Source of the DNA: Gnetum montanum
Taxonomy: Eukaryota; Plantae; Gnetophyta
Assembly: GCA_015680685.1 (NCBI GenBank)
Contig: MNCI01000307.1
Coordinates: forward strand, 201,968-265,967
Direction of reading: 5' to 3'
DNA: 64,000 nucleotides
Positions 50,390-63,620 of the stretch are shown here, piece after piece. The notes beneath the pieces were generated by a model. That model was not told the origin of the DNA. It did no database searches and saw nothing but the letters and a program-made list of their open reading frames with translations. A program made the translations under genes and the position numbers. Every line of letters begins with the position of its first letter. Position 1 is the first letter of the stretch.

Positions 50390-52230
50390 TTCAAAAGGAA
50401 AGAACTACTCCAAGATCATGGCTACTAGAAGGCAAAGGGTCATCTAGTTGGAATAGCTAGTTGAATAGAGAGGAGGTGCGAGTGGCAGTTGTTCACAGTT
50501 CTTACTAGAAGGTACCCAAGCCTTCTAGTATGGAAAAATTACTTATGACTTGAGGCTACTAGTACAAATAAGGTCATCCAAAAGTATAGAGACCAAGTGG
50601 AAGGAAATCAAACCTTTCAATAGGATTTAATTACTCCAAAATCATGGCTTTCAATAAGCAAAGGGCCATCCAAATGTAGGTTCTAATTATACTACTAGGT
50701 GGTGCAACTAGCACCCTCCTGTAGTCCTTACTGGAAGTCACATAGTCCTTCTAGAAGGGAACAATGGCTTGTAGTTTGTTGCTACTAGAAGGCTGAGGAT
50801 TATCCAAAAGGCTAGAGACCAAATGGAAGGCAATTGAACCTATTGAAAGGGTTCAATTGCTCCAAGATCATGGCTTTTCGTAGGCAGAGGGCCATCCAAA
50901 TGTAGATTCCAACTAGACTGTAGGGTGGTGCAACCAGCACCCTCTTGCAGTCCTTACTAGAAGTCACATAGTTCTTCCAAAAGGCAATAATTGCTTGCAA
51001 TTTTTTTATACAGGAAGGCTAAAGACCAATTGGAAGGTAATTGAACCTTCTAGAAGGGTTCAATTGGTCCAAGATCATGGCTTTCAGTAGGCAGAGGGCC
51101 ATCTAGATGCAGGTTCTAGCTAGACTATAAGGTGGTGTGATGAACACCCTCTTGTAGTCCTTACCAAAAGTTACATAGTCCTTCCAATAGGCAACAATTT
51201 CTTGGAGTTTGTTACTACTAGAAGATCAAGGGTCATTCGAAAGGCTAGAGACCAATCAAAAGGTAATCAAACCTACTAAAAGGATTCAATTGCTCCAAGA
51301 TCATGGCTTCTGATAGGCAAAGGACCATCCAAAAGTAGGTTCTAGTTAGACTACATGGTGGTGCAACCAACACCCTCTTGCAATCTTTATCGAAAGTCAC
51401 ATAGTCCTTTCAATAGGCAACAATTGCTTGTAATTTCTACTACTAAAAGGCCAAGGATCATCCAGAAGGCTGAAAGCCAACTGAAAGGTAGTTGAACCTA
51501 CCAAAAGGATTTAATTACTCCAAGATTATGGCTTCCAACAAGCAGAGGATCATCCAGATGCAAGTTCCAACTAGATTGCAAGGTGGTGTGACCAACACCC
51601 TCCCGCAGTCCTTACTAGAAGTCACATAGTCCTTCTAGTAGGAAACAATTGCTTGAAATTTGTTACTACCAGAAGGTCGAGGATCATTCAAAAGGCTAGA
51701 GACCAATCAAGAGGCAATCAAACCTACCAAAAGGATTTAATTGCTCTAAGATCATGGATTCTGATAGGTTGAGGGCCATCCGGATGAAGGTTCCAGCTAG
51801 ACTACAAGGTGGTGCAACCAATACCCTCCTATAGTTCTTACTAGAAGTCACACTATCATTTTGAAGGGCAACAATGGCTTATAGTTTATTGCTACTAGAA
51901 GTTCAAAGATCATCCAAAAGGTTGAAGACCAACCAGAAGGTAGTCAAACCTACCGAAAGGATTTAATTACTCCAAGATCATGGCTTCTAGTAGGCAAAGG
52001 GCCATCTAGATGTAGTATCCATGTAGACTATGGGGTGGTGTGACTAGCACCCTCCTATAGTCCTTACTAGAAGTTACATAGTCCTTTCAGGAGGTAACAA
52101 TTGTTTGCAATTTGTTTCTACCAAAAGGCCAAGGGTCATTTGGAAGGCTAGCAACCAACCAGAAGGTAATCAAACCTACCAAAAGGATTCAATTACTCCA
52201 AGATCATGGCTTCTATTAGGCAGAGGACAT
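50390..52230. repeat. 226-bp tandem array, about 8 units
   Basis: The anchor ccaagatcatggct recurs at 50410, 50636, 50862, 51069, 51295, 51520, 51746, 51972 and 52198. Confidence 0.92.
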
Positions 52231-53019
52231 CCTTCCACCTCCTAACCTTCTAACATCTATGGTTGCTACCATTGAAATTTTCTGTTTCTTCAATGTACCT
52301 AGCATTACTCACTATCTTAATGCACTTAATATGAGAAGAGCCTAGATCTTCTTGACTTACTTTAAGTACTAGGAGATTTTTTTGATTTGCATGATCCAAT
52401 ACTGTCTTCATGTAATTTTGAATATCAATTGTAGCTCACATGACATCACACTATTGACTTGTAGTGCAAGCGCATGTGAGTGTCAATGTATTGCATGACA
52501 TAAATCACACACCACAAGATGAATCCAAGTCACATATTTCCAACACTATTTTTACTCAAAATTAAACTACATGGTCTTGTAGGCCGCATGTCCTTGCACT
52601 ATTTAATTGTACTGCAAGGACATCCATGTTGCAGTGCCTCACATGGCACAAAATACAAACTACAAGGATAATGTGAGACACATATTTCCAGCATTGTGTT
52701 TACTAGAGTTTCAAATGTACCACACAAGAGATTGTAGGTTGCAAAGTCACTCACATTATTTTATCATTGGTTTCGGTTTCAAATAGTGAGGTCTTTCATG
52801 CTCATAGTTTTGTAGCATTAGTAAAAGAATAAGGCTTGTAATATAAGAAACCATGGAATTAATTTTTTTTAAAAAAAAAGTGTCAGAGACCTTGTAAATA
52901 CTGAAATATCATCATAAAGAAATATCAAAGGCAACTATCACCAAATACATATACAAAAACAAAATAGTTTAGCCAGATCCTAATGCAATGTTTTTTTGAG
53001 CTTCATTTGAAGCATCAAC

Positions 53020-54390
53020 CTACATGAAATCTTTCTCTATGATTATGTCATTAACATTGTTAACTGGTGCCTTCTCCACTAGTGCCTCATCCATTCCTGC
53101 TATTCTTGATGGTCCTACCTCTGGCTCATGGAGTGAAGTGGTCATCTCAATGAACATAGAATTACTAATATCCTCCATACCTGTTGAACCAACCACATTC
53201 AATGATCAAAAATGTTCAAATGAGTATTTACCTAGTGATTGAACATTCACAGATAAGTAACCAAGCCTCCTATCCACTCGTTTGAAATGGTGATCAATCT
53301 CCGATTGCATGACATCCATGTGGGCATCCATGTGAGCTTTCAACCTATCATCCACTACCTCTAAGTAGGAAAATATGGCTACATTGTTTCCAAACTATTG
53401 TCGCTGCATAGGAATGATAGCTGCAACCTGCATCTCCTCATGATACCCATATAATCGTTTCCATTTAGCCTTCTTGACATCTCCTTCGACATGTGCGTCT
53501 AGAGCTAGATGAAATTAGCTATTCATGTCCTAGGGACATGCTAAGTGTAGAATGCACATCCCAAATTTGATAACTGGTCCATACCAAAATATTGAACCTC
53601 TATGTCATCGTCTTCTAGCTCTAAGATTCCCCAATGCCTAAAAAGAGTAGACACAGCAAATGGGAAAGGAACTGCAAAAACATCTCTATGGACAATTTCC
53701 ATTCTCCTCACGATAATGTGTGAAAATTTCAACAAATAGTCCCCCTCCAAATCTAGCAAGACCATTAGGATGAAGGACATCACACGAGTGTGATGTGTGA
53801 TAGCCAAGAGGTTTGTGTCAATTTCCTTGATTAGAACTCTTTGTTGTGGGCTAAAGTTCTTGTAGGGACATCTTGTCTAATTGGTCTCCACCTTTAGTAC
53901 CCTACTCAATAGCTATGTTTTTTTTGTCTGAGGTGGTAGTCACAAAGTACTCCCACTAAGGACCAACTGCCATGTCGAGCACTTATGCCAAGACATCCTC
54001 TATAAGCATGAAGGCCAAGTCACCAATCTCGACCACCTTCAAGACAAGTGATCCTCAATGATGTTCCATGTAAAACTAATAGGCCTCCTCCTCATAGTAA
54101 CCTACATCTCTGCTGATGATGAAAGCAGGACGCCCAAATGAGCCACATCAGATGCTAAAGTCTCTTGGACTCCACAAGGGGGCTGATTGGAGTTTCTCCA
54201 CCCTTTGTTTCCACTCTTATCATGCTAACGACTCATGTGCATAGCAAACTACCTTCTTCTCCTACTCTTTTGTAACATTTTGGTTAAGAGCCTAAGAGCC
54301 TACAAAATGTCTACCCTATGATTATGCCCTCTTTTGGACATCATGCAATCTACCAGATCTCCTCTTGGAATCTGGTTGTGATGATGCTCA
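53020..54390 (-). pseudogene. Transposon accessory ORF remnant, paralog 1
   Basis: QQRVLIKEIDTNLLAITHHTRVMSFILMVLLDLEGDYLLKFSHIIVRRMEIVHRDVFAVPFPFAVSTLFRHWGI..HEPEVGPSRI; colinear with 57830-59280. Confidence 0.55.
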
Positions 54391-57300
54391 TCTCTAAGAA
54401 CACAAAAATATATTATAGCTCAAATGTTAACAAATAGATTATTATTGGCCAATAATAATTAATGATAGATAGACTTGCACTTTTTGCTACAAACACACAA
54501 GAAATACAAAATGGATGTGGAGTTGTCTTTTGATTAAATACAATCAAATCACTATGTTTCAAAAACTAATAAAAATCCAACTATTAAAATGATTTGTGCA
54601 TTAATACATCATTTGAAAGAGATTTAGTTTTTCAAAAACTAATACAAACACAACAATCAAAATGCAGCTATTTCAACTCAAAATTCCTAGGCTAAAGATA
54701 TAAGATTATTTCAATAAATGTAATGTTAAAAGAGTTCATGAAAGTGGGTTCAAGTTTAGGTTTTCTTTTGCAATCACTACTTCAATGCTGGCACATACGC
54801 AATAGGTTGACAAGAGCCAAATAAATTCAATTTTTTAAAAACTAATACAACTGCAACAATCAAAATGCAGCTTTATCAACTCAACATTCCTGGGCTAAAG
54901 AAATAAGGTTCTTTCACAAAATGCAATATTAAAAGAGTTTGTGAAAGCAACTTCGTGTGTGCAGGACCACTTAACACAAGTGCATAATGGTTCAATTTAA
55001 ATTAATGTTGCATAAAATATTAGCTATGACCTTTGAATGCTAGTGAGAAGAGAAAATCTAGGACCACACACCCTAGTCTGATCACCATGATATTGACAAT
55101 TGAATGCCTTCTATGCAGCCTACTTGATTGGAAAAAGAAAATAAATCTTGGAATTTTAACTGGAGTCCCCTTAGTTTAAATCTTACAAATGATACAAAAA
55201 ATCCAAAGAGAAATTGAAACCCAAATTATGTGCTCAAATTATGTGAATTATGGTAATGTATTTCAGGTAACCTTTAAGCACTCTCTCTATTATTCATGCG
55301 CTATATAGTATTTATTCAATAATATAGACATCAAAAAAATCACACTATTCTATTATGTTTGTATAATAAAGCAAACCATGTAATTGCTAGAAATAAACAA
55401 AGATTGTAAGGAAAAAATCCAGCATCCATGCACAAAATCTGCAACTAGCAATCACTTATCCAAAATGAAAAAAAAAACAGGGGAAATACCTTGAGCAAAA
55501 GGTTTTTGAATTGTAATGATAAATGTATCATAGCCACTTCCATCATTACTACAATTATGGGTTACATAGTGTCCATCATCTCCCCTTGCCCTTATTATTA
55601 AGCAACTCAATAATACTATCATGGACTTTATTTGGTCTTGAGGTTAGGGCAATAAATATAACCAATAAACAGAACAATATATAGCCAAGCCAAAAGAATG
55701 ATGATGCTTTGCACTCAAAAGCAATGCTTTCAAGAAATGAGGGTTGACATTTTGAAATTTCAAAAACTAAGGTCCAATACTAGCTAAAATTATTTCTGAA
55801 GCATACACAAATGATATAGACATTTTTTTATAAATGAAATAGTCAATTAAAACTTTATATAACATAACCAGGCACAAGCATGAAAAAAATATTATCTTGA
55901 ATTCTAGTCATTTCATGCATAAAAGCAATAAAAAATTTGTAAAACTTTTGCAAACTATCATAGGAAGCCCTAGTGTGAGGAAATATAAAATAAATTTTTA
56001 ATTATGGTGCAAATAAACTTACCCTCCTACTCATTGCTAATTCGAATTGAATAATACAATGATTTGAAACAAAATCTTGTCCTAATATCTTCTTTGCCTT
56101 AGTCTGCAACATTCTGCAATTCTGCCTCCCACTTGATGTCTACTACATCCAAGTAAAAGTAAATGTGAAAGTTAAAATGAGAATAAAGGTCATAATGATA
56201 CATTTTATGTTTTTCCTTTTTACAAGATGATGTGAGGTTCTGTGAGATGCATTTTTCATGAATGTTTGAGTCACAAGATAATTGATAGCCCACAATTTAA
56301 CCTTAGTTATACAAGATGCACAATATAATGTGAATGGCATGCTAATTAAAAGTATGTTTCTTGCACTATTAATTGCAAATCACAATTTGACCATGTAAAC
56401 TACAGCATCATCACGATTCACTTTTTTGATTGCGAGATCATGAGGTTCACATGACCTCACAATGTTCACTAGCCCTGCAAGTACATGTGTATTGCAATGC
56501 ATCACATGTATACAAATTTGTAATGCAAGATGATTGTGAGCCACATGGTAGAAGCACTATGTTGGAATAAGTTTCAGCTTCTAACTATGAGCTCTTCATG
56601 CTCGTAGTGCACAAGCATTACAAGTACATGTGAGAAGTAGTGCATCGCAGTGCATAATTTTTGTGATGTGAGAGGAATGGGAGTCACATGTCTCCAACAC
56701 TATTTTCATCGTATTATTGAGTATAGAATGCAAGAGAATTCATGGTCACAAGACATTGGCACTATTGTGTTCAAACAATCTATGACTAAATTGTGAGCTA
56801 CATGTCATTGGCACTATTTTAGTAAAATTTTTGACTTCAAACTACGATACCATTTGTACTTGTAGTGCACCGAAACTATTTTTTCTAATATGCCTACAAC
56901 AAAGCTACAATACACATAGTTCTCACACTTTAACATTTTTGAATGTGTAACGCCTATCACCCACATGTGACTTGTAGTTTCTAAATGTCCTAATCCCCTT
57001 TCGATGAGCAAAAAATAGAAACGAAAAAACCAAAATCTAAAGCATTAAATGCTTCCAATGATCCTCTAGATTTGCTAGAACTCAAACTGTACCTCTCAAC
57101 CCCTAGTTTACCTAGCACTAGCTACAAGATATTCTAGAAATTACAAGAATCAATTAAGAAATGGAAGAAATAAAAAATGAAGAATAAATGTAACAAAAAA
57201 TTGATTTTCATGATCAAGAAGGAAGAGTGAAAAACAAACTATGTTAATTTATAAATTGAAATATAAATCACTTGATTTATAGATTATATGTTTCTAAGCT

Positions 57301-57829
57301 TCCCCCATTTCTTTTCATCATCTTCACCAATACCAATAGATCCACACTTCTTAACATGATCCTAGAGCATTCAATAAAAAAAAATAATTGAAAATATAAA
57401 CTTCATAAGTCATCCACATCACAGCCATAAAGTTATAAAACCATTAGATACATACTAACTAACCATACAATAGAGCATGCATATCATACTAAACATCATA
57501 CTATCATAACATGTTCTACTAAACAACACTTACTCAAAGTCACATAACATGGTCTACAAAGAAATACCAACAACCATACTCATAAACACAAAATCATAGC
57601 ACACAATTTAGAAGCATATATACTCGAATCTCAATCTTTCCCCACAACTACTAAAACCTACCAAATAATCAAATAAATTTAACCAAAAATCATTCATTGG
57701 ATCATGGGATTAATTTTTTTAAAAAAAGTATCGGTAAAAGATCATGTAAATACATGGATATCATCAAAAATCAATGTCAAAGGAAATACATATACATGGA
57801 CACAAATGTCTAGCCAAATGACAATGTAA

Positions 57830-59280
57830 CATTCTCTTGAGATTCATTTGAAGCATCATTAGTATGCATGAAATTTGCCTCTATGACAATATCATCAACT
57901 GTAGTGACTATTTGCTCCTTCATTCCTACTATTCCTGATGGACCAACCTCTAGCTCATGGACCGCTGTAGTCATCTCAACTAATATGGGTTAGCAAAATC
58001 CTCCATGGTAGTTGAACTAGAGAAGCCATGCAAGAACTAAAAATGTTTAGATGAGTTTTTACCCAATGACTAAACATTCACAGATCAGCACAAAATCCTC
58101 CTATTGACCTGTTCAAAATAATTATCAATCTCAAATTGCATGGCATTCATGTGGGTAGTCAACTCAGACTACATGGCATCCATGTGGGCAATCAGCCTAT
58201 CCTCCATTGCCTCCAAGTAGGTAAATATTATTGCACCATCTCCAACCTACTATTTCTACTAGCTAGGATTGATAGGAGTGATCTACATCTCCTCATGTTG
58301 CCCATAAAACTAATCCCAACCAACCTTCTCACCATCCCCTAGGACACATGGGTCCAAAATCCAAATGAGATCATTCAACCATGTCCTAGGGACATGTTGG
58401 GTGTAGAATGCACACCCCAAATATGGAAACTGATCCTTAGCAAAGACTTGGGCCTATTTATCATCCTTCTCCTTGAGTTCTGGGATTTACCAATGCCTGA
58501 AAAGATTAAACATAGCTGATGGAAAAGGCATGACAATTGCATCTCGATCAACAATCTCTATTCACCTCATGATAATGTAGGGATAGTTCAACGAACAATC
58601 CCCTTCTAAATCTAGCATGACCATAATGGTGAAGGACATCACATGAGTGTGATGTATGCAGCCAGGAGGTTTGTGTGAAGTTCTCTAATGAGAACTCTTT
58701 GTTGCAAGCTGAAGTTCTTATAAGGCCATCCAATCTCATCAGTCTTCACCTTAGGCATCTTGCTCAGCGATTGTGTTCTTTTCTCTAAGGTGGTAGTCAC
58801 AAAAAACTCCTATTGTGGACCAACTATCATGTGAAGTGCCTACCCAAAGATGTGGTCAAAAAGTGTATAGGCTAAGTCACCAATTTAGACCTCCCTTGAG
58901 ATAATTGATTCTTGATGATGCACCACATAGAATTCATAGGTCACTTCCTCATAGTAATTAGGGCCTCTAGTGATGATCAAATTGAGAAGGCATTAAAGAA
59001 TCTCATCAATCATCTTAGGACAAACAACCCACATCAAGGAGCAAAAGTTCCTAGGACTCCACAAGGAGGTTGTTCTAAGTTTTTCCTCCCATTGTTCCCG
59101 CTCCTATTATGCCAGTGTCTCCTATGCACACCAGTACACCTACTCTTTCTCTCTAGGAGCATGCTATGTAGTAGCATGAGAGCATATAGGATTTCTTCCT
59201 TGTGTTTTTACTCTCTCTTGTACCTACTACACTCTGCCTAATCTCCTCCTAGAGTTTTCTTGTGATGATGCTCCTCTCTA
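57830..59280 (-). pseudogene. Transposon accessory ORF remnant, paralog 2
   Basis: Nucleotide colinearity with 53000-54480 (gtgtagaatgcaca, gaaggacatcaca, aaggtggtagtcacaaa, tgtgatgatgctc, agacttgcacttttt). Confidence 0.55.
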
Positions 59281-60441
59281 ACAACATGAACATACATTAT
59301 ATCTCAAATTTTAATAATTAAATCATTTTTTGGTAATGATAATTAATGAACGACAGACTTGCACTTTTTAGTGCTTTCCCTCATTGATGGACTAGAAGCT
59401 CCTACATCGATGGAAAAAAAGAAAGGAAAAAAAAAGGTGCAACAAGAGAAAAAAATTGTTGCTCATGTCAATTTAGTGTAGTTTGAGTAGCTAAGATTAT
59501 ATACATATGAAGAGCGATCAATAAATAATATAAATTTACAAGTTTCATGGAATGATTAAGAGCTAACATAAGTCATGGCTAAATTGATGCATGTAATATC
59601 AAAAAATGGAAAATGCTAGTATAAATGCCTTGAATACACCCAATGACATTCAAAAATATGAGCCAAATACTTACCTCAAGTGTAAGATTACAAAAGCAAG
59701 AAATATTCCCAAAAGGGATCTCCAAGTGAATCACAAGTATATATCAAGATTTTCAAATAGATGTTTAGCGAATTATTGTTAAGAGAATATACTAATTTAA
59801 AGAACAAACATTAAGTTGATAAGTTTACATGCATAAAAATGACAACTGCATATCACTATCTTACAAATAGGCTATTCTTCATTTTCAAGTTTTATGTATC
59901 TAACCGTATCAAACAATAGAATAAAATTAATGTATAACCATTGGTTTATGGGACTACAACAGTATTGTGATTGACCAAAAGTTCAAAAACATTCAAAGAC
60001 TAAGAAATACCTGGCATGTTAAAATAAGAACTTAATTCCTATAAATGCTTGGTAGTAATAACAGATTACATATGCTAAAGGTCCATTCAAAAAACACTAT
60101 TCAATAGAGATGCAAGATTTTCATTGACAATCTCTATTGAAATAATATAGAGATTAGTGAATGAAACCTAATTAAACATACCAACATTGATTTCAATTAA
60201 GAAATATTAAATTAACTAGGTAAAAATCTCAGTTTAAAGAAACACATAATTGAAATGAGGAAATAATATACCTAATTTATAATTAAACTTGTATGTTTAG
60301 AAGTAATCATTATATGAAAATATAGTGAGTATGGTTAGTTTAGTATTAAAATTTCTAGACATATGTCATGGCTTATTCTAGTTATGATGATTGGATATGT
60401 CATTTCATGAATTTTTTGATGGAAAGGTCAAACAACATGTA

Positions 60442-63175
60442 TTAATCTAATGATACATAATTTACATCAAAATCTATACTTAGGGTCAGTACCCTTAAAA
60501 CAACATTCTTCAGTTCTAATGCACAGTTAGGCTTTGAAATCTTTTGGGTAATACATTTGGTAGGACTATCCCAACCAGACAATATTTTTTCACCTACCAA
60601 TCCATCTTCATTACATGAAAATATGAACTTCGATTCTAATAATTCCACATGTTTTTCAATTTCTAAAATACTATCCTTGTTTATAGGCAACACCTTTGCA
60701 AATTTTGTCAATCTATTTTAGAATTTTAGAATTTTTGTCTCCCACTTTGCATCTAATTTACATTTTTCCTCCTCCATATCTTTATATGTATTCTCTTCCA
60801 TGTCCACCTCATTTATTACAGAGCTCTGGCTAGTTGATCCTAATGTCTCTAGTGTCATTCCAAGTTTTGAAGCATCTTCTTGGCTAGGGAACTAATGTGG
60901 CTGGAATGAATTTAATTCTAGAGGAACTCGTGAATCGTAAAACTCATCTTGGTAGAAGAACTTAAATGCATTGGTGAAACCCTTAACCCTTATAAGAATT
61001 TTCATTGAGTGCTTGAAAAAATGACCTAGGCAAGACCATTTACACTCACAAGATATACTAAAAGAAAACACCTTTGAAACCCTGTACTAGGTGTTTGGCA
61101 TCAAACTATTCTAACTTTGCACAACATATTCATCTTTCCTTTCCACGACTTGGACACAATCTACATTAGGTATTTGTATAGCCTTTTCCCATGATTTCTT
61201 ATTGAAATCTTGATCTTCCTTGTTAACAAAATACCACATAGCTTTAATTCTTGAATTATGGCAGTAATATAGTTGTACCTTTGTCAAGCTCCATATAAGC
61301 TAATCAATCCTTTGGTATTTCCTATTTCTTATATCTCTTAAAAATTAACCCTTTAAAAATCCATGGTATGACTCAAAAACATTATTTGTATGTTGTTATG
61401 CATGGGGAACATCACAGAATGCCTTTGCCCACATCTCTGGAAACAAATGGTTAAAGACAAAAATAAGCAATGAACAAGTGGCCAAAGAGTATATGAGTGT
61501 GAATATGAACTTTTATGAAATGATACCAAGGAATGAAAACTCCCTAAATTAATCTTCATTTAACCACTATTTTTTTAAGTATTTAATGAATTCTAAGTTC
61601 TCTTAAAACTTGTCAATAAATTTGTCTATTTCCACAACAACATTTGCAAAAATTTTGCATTCATTCATAATATGATTAAAATGATCACCCATTGCTTTCT
61701 TTGATTGGAATCTCTAAATTTGGTTGCCAAGTTATTCCTACATGTCCTCCAAACATTCCAAATACATAAAAAAAATTTTGTTGCCAAAAAAACCTGTTAA
61801 ATTATCAAATTTGAGCACATGTTAAGATATCTCAAACCAAGGTAGCATGATTTCAAGTATGCTTTCGAATTCCTTAAAAGTTACCTCACTACATTCATAT
61901 CTGCCTTTAATTCATATAGCATGAAAGCATTTACCATCCAATTAGGATCCTTAGCCTTGTCCCTTCGATGGATCTTTGATAGCTAACCTCTTATACCAAT
62001 TTTGGTGCACCTTGAGGATATCACCCATGCTATTGGGGGTCCATTCTAATATGAATTAAAAGCCATGACAATATGAATATGGAACTTCAGAGAGAACCAC
62101 ACATTTGTAATTAGTCACTAATTCTTCTAGCACATCAATAATTTTTAAAATGGAATATAAGCACCCATTATTGAAACTTACACCATATTTGTTAGTGTTG
62201 AAAGTGGAATCCATTACAAGGATACTACATTGAGATAGAGATATCATCTTTTTGAGCATCCAAGTTGATTGCATCCCAATGATCAATGGGACACCTTGTT
62301 CCTAGTTCTCTTCTTGGTAGTAAAACAAAAGATCACTAATCATATGGTACCATAGCTGGGTACTAATTTTATCATGCTCACTTTTCTTGTAATTAGGGGT
62401 TACATTTTTGCAAATGTTGTAGATGTCTTTTTTAACAAGAAAAATATCCCTCTTTTTTTATAGCCCAAACTCCTATCCTCCCTTAAAAATATCTTTTATA
62501 TACTTCTCATAGATGAGATCTACTGGTAATCCTTCCATCCATAAACACACTATCTTATGATGCACCTCATTGAAAAAGTGTATGGATTGTGAGTTTCTTT
62601 TATTTGTCATGGGACCAATCAAGCCATGATAGTAAGCTCCTGATATGTAAATATGATTCATTTCTTTATATATAATACATGCAACATGATCAACTCCTCT
62701 CATATAGCAAACTATAAAATGATAGGGACAACCAGTTTTATTTTGTTTTCTACCTTCTCTAGGTGTTATACCTATGGTGACATTTGGTTCATACTGGCAA
62801 TGATAACTAATAAAAAAAACATATTCAAACAAGGTTCATAGTCTTCTAAATTGTGCATCTTTGTATTATAAGACATTATTACATAAATAATAAATAATGA
62901 AGAGTAACTTACATTATGCAACTAATGTAATGGTTTTCTCATGAGTGTGTCTCCTTTGTCCATTTCTATTTTTTTTTCTTTTTTGTTCTATAGAAAAATT
63001 TGCAAGAAAATATCTTGTTCTTTTCACCCTTAATAAAATCATCTACTCCATCTCTTTATATCCAAGAAAATGCATCATCATAGAAATAAGACCATTGAGT
63101 ATCATCTTTTGAAAAATGCCCTGCTGGGGGGTTTTTGAATTTCTTGCTACCACAAATTTTCCTAGAAATTGGCAT
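60442..63175 (-). pseudogene. SWIM zinc-finger MULE-type transposase (At4g13970/At1g60560-like family), spliced and decayed
   Basis: KNPPAGHFSKDDTQWS; YHCQYEP..KTGCPYHFIV..VACIIY..H..YHG; IGMQSTWMLKKMI..ILVMDSTFNTNKYG (first catalytic D); PIAWVISSR..KDPNWMVNAFM; LCIWNVWRTCRNNL; SWIM SCECKWSCLGHFFKHSMKI (about 61000-61055). Confidence 0.85.
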
Positions 63176-63329
63176 GCTGTCATCTTCCTCACATTCTCAA
63201 ATGTTTATTTTTAATGAGTTGGTGCAGTGTTTTCTACAATTCACCCCTTCTGCCCAAGGATAGTTCCAAGGGAAAAAAATACAAAGTTTAATAATTCCTA
63301 GAATGCAGAAGTAGATTCTAAGAAAAATT

Positions 63330-63620
63330 AGTAATGTAATTTCAAGAATCATGGCACAGCTTTAATGAGAATGTGCATGGTCAAGGAAGAAGGGGTAATG
63401 ACAGATGATCTAGTGAAGGTAATAAAAGGTATCATAACTAAGATGAAGGAAAAGATGATAGATAAGACAAAGATATAGACTAGGATAAAGAACACAAAAA
63501 TGAACAAAGGTATAGTAAATAGAACAGAAGAGGTCATGGTCATGAAAAAGGCAATGATGAATATCATGATTATTATGAAATTCTTATGGTAATAAGGATC
63601 ATGATCAACATAAGGAAGAT
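63330..63620. repeat. Degenerate GAT/GAA-rich low-complexity repeat upstream of the transposase
   Basis: Recurring gatcatg..gatgaagaaaag..gatgataga units. Confidence 0.4.

Noticed and set aside
50390-52230. CRISPR-like array or coding repeat
   Set aside because: Whole 226-bp units repeat with no unique spacers and no cas genes, the context is eukaryotic, and the period is not a multiple of three.
63349-63567. Hydrophobic 72-aa ORF as a membrane protein
   Set aside because: It is the antisense translation of a GAT/GAA-rich low-complexity repeat.
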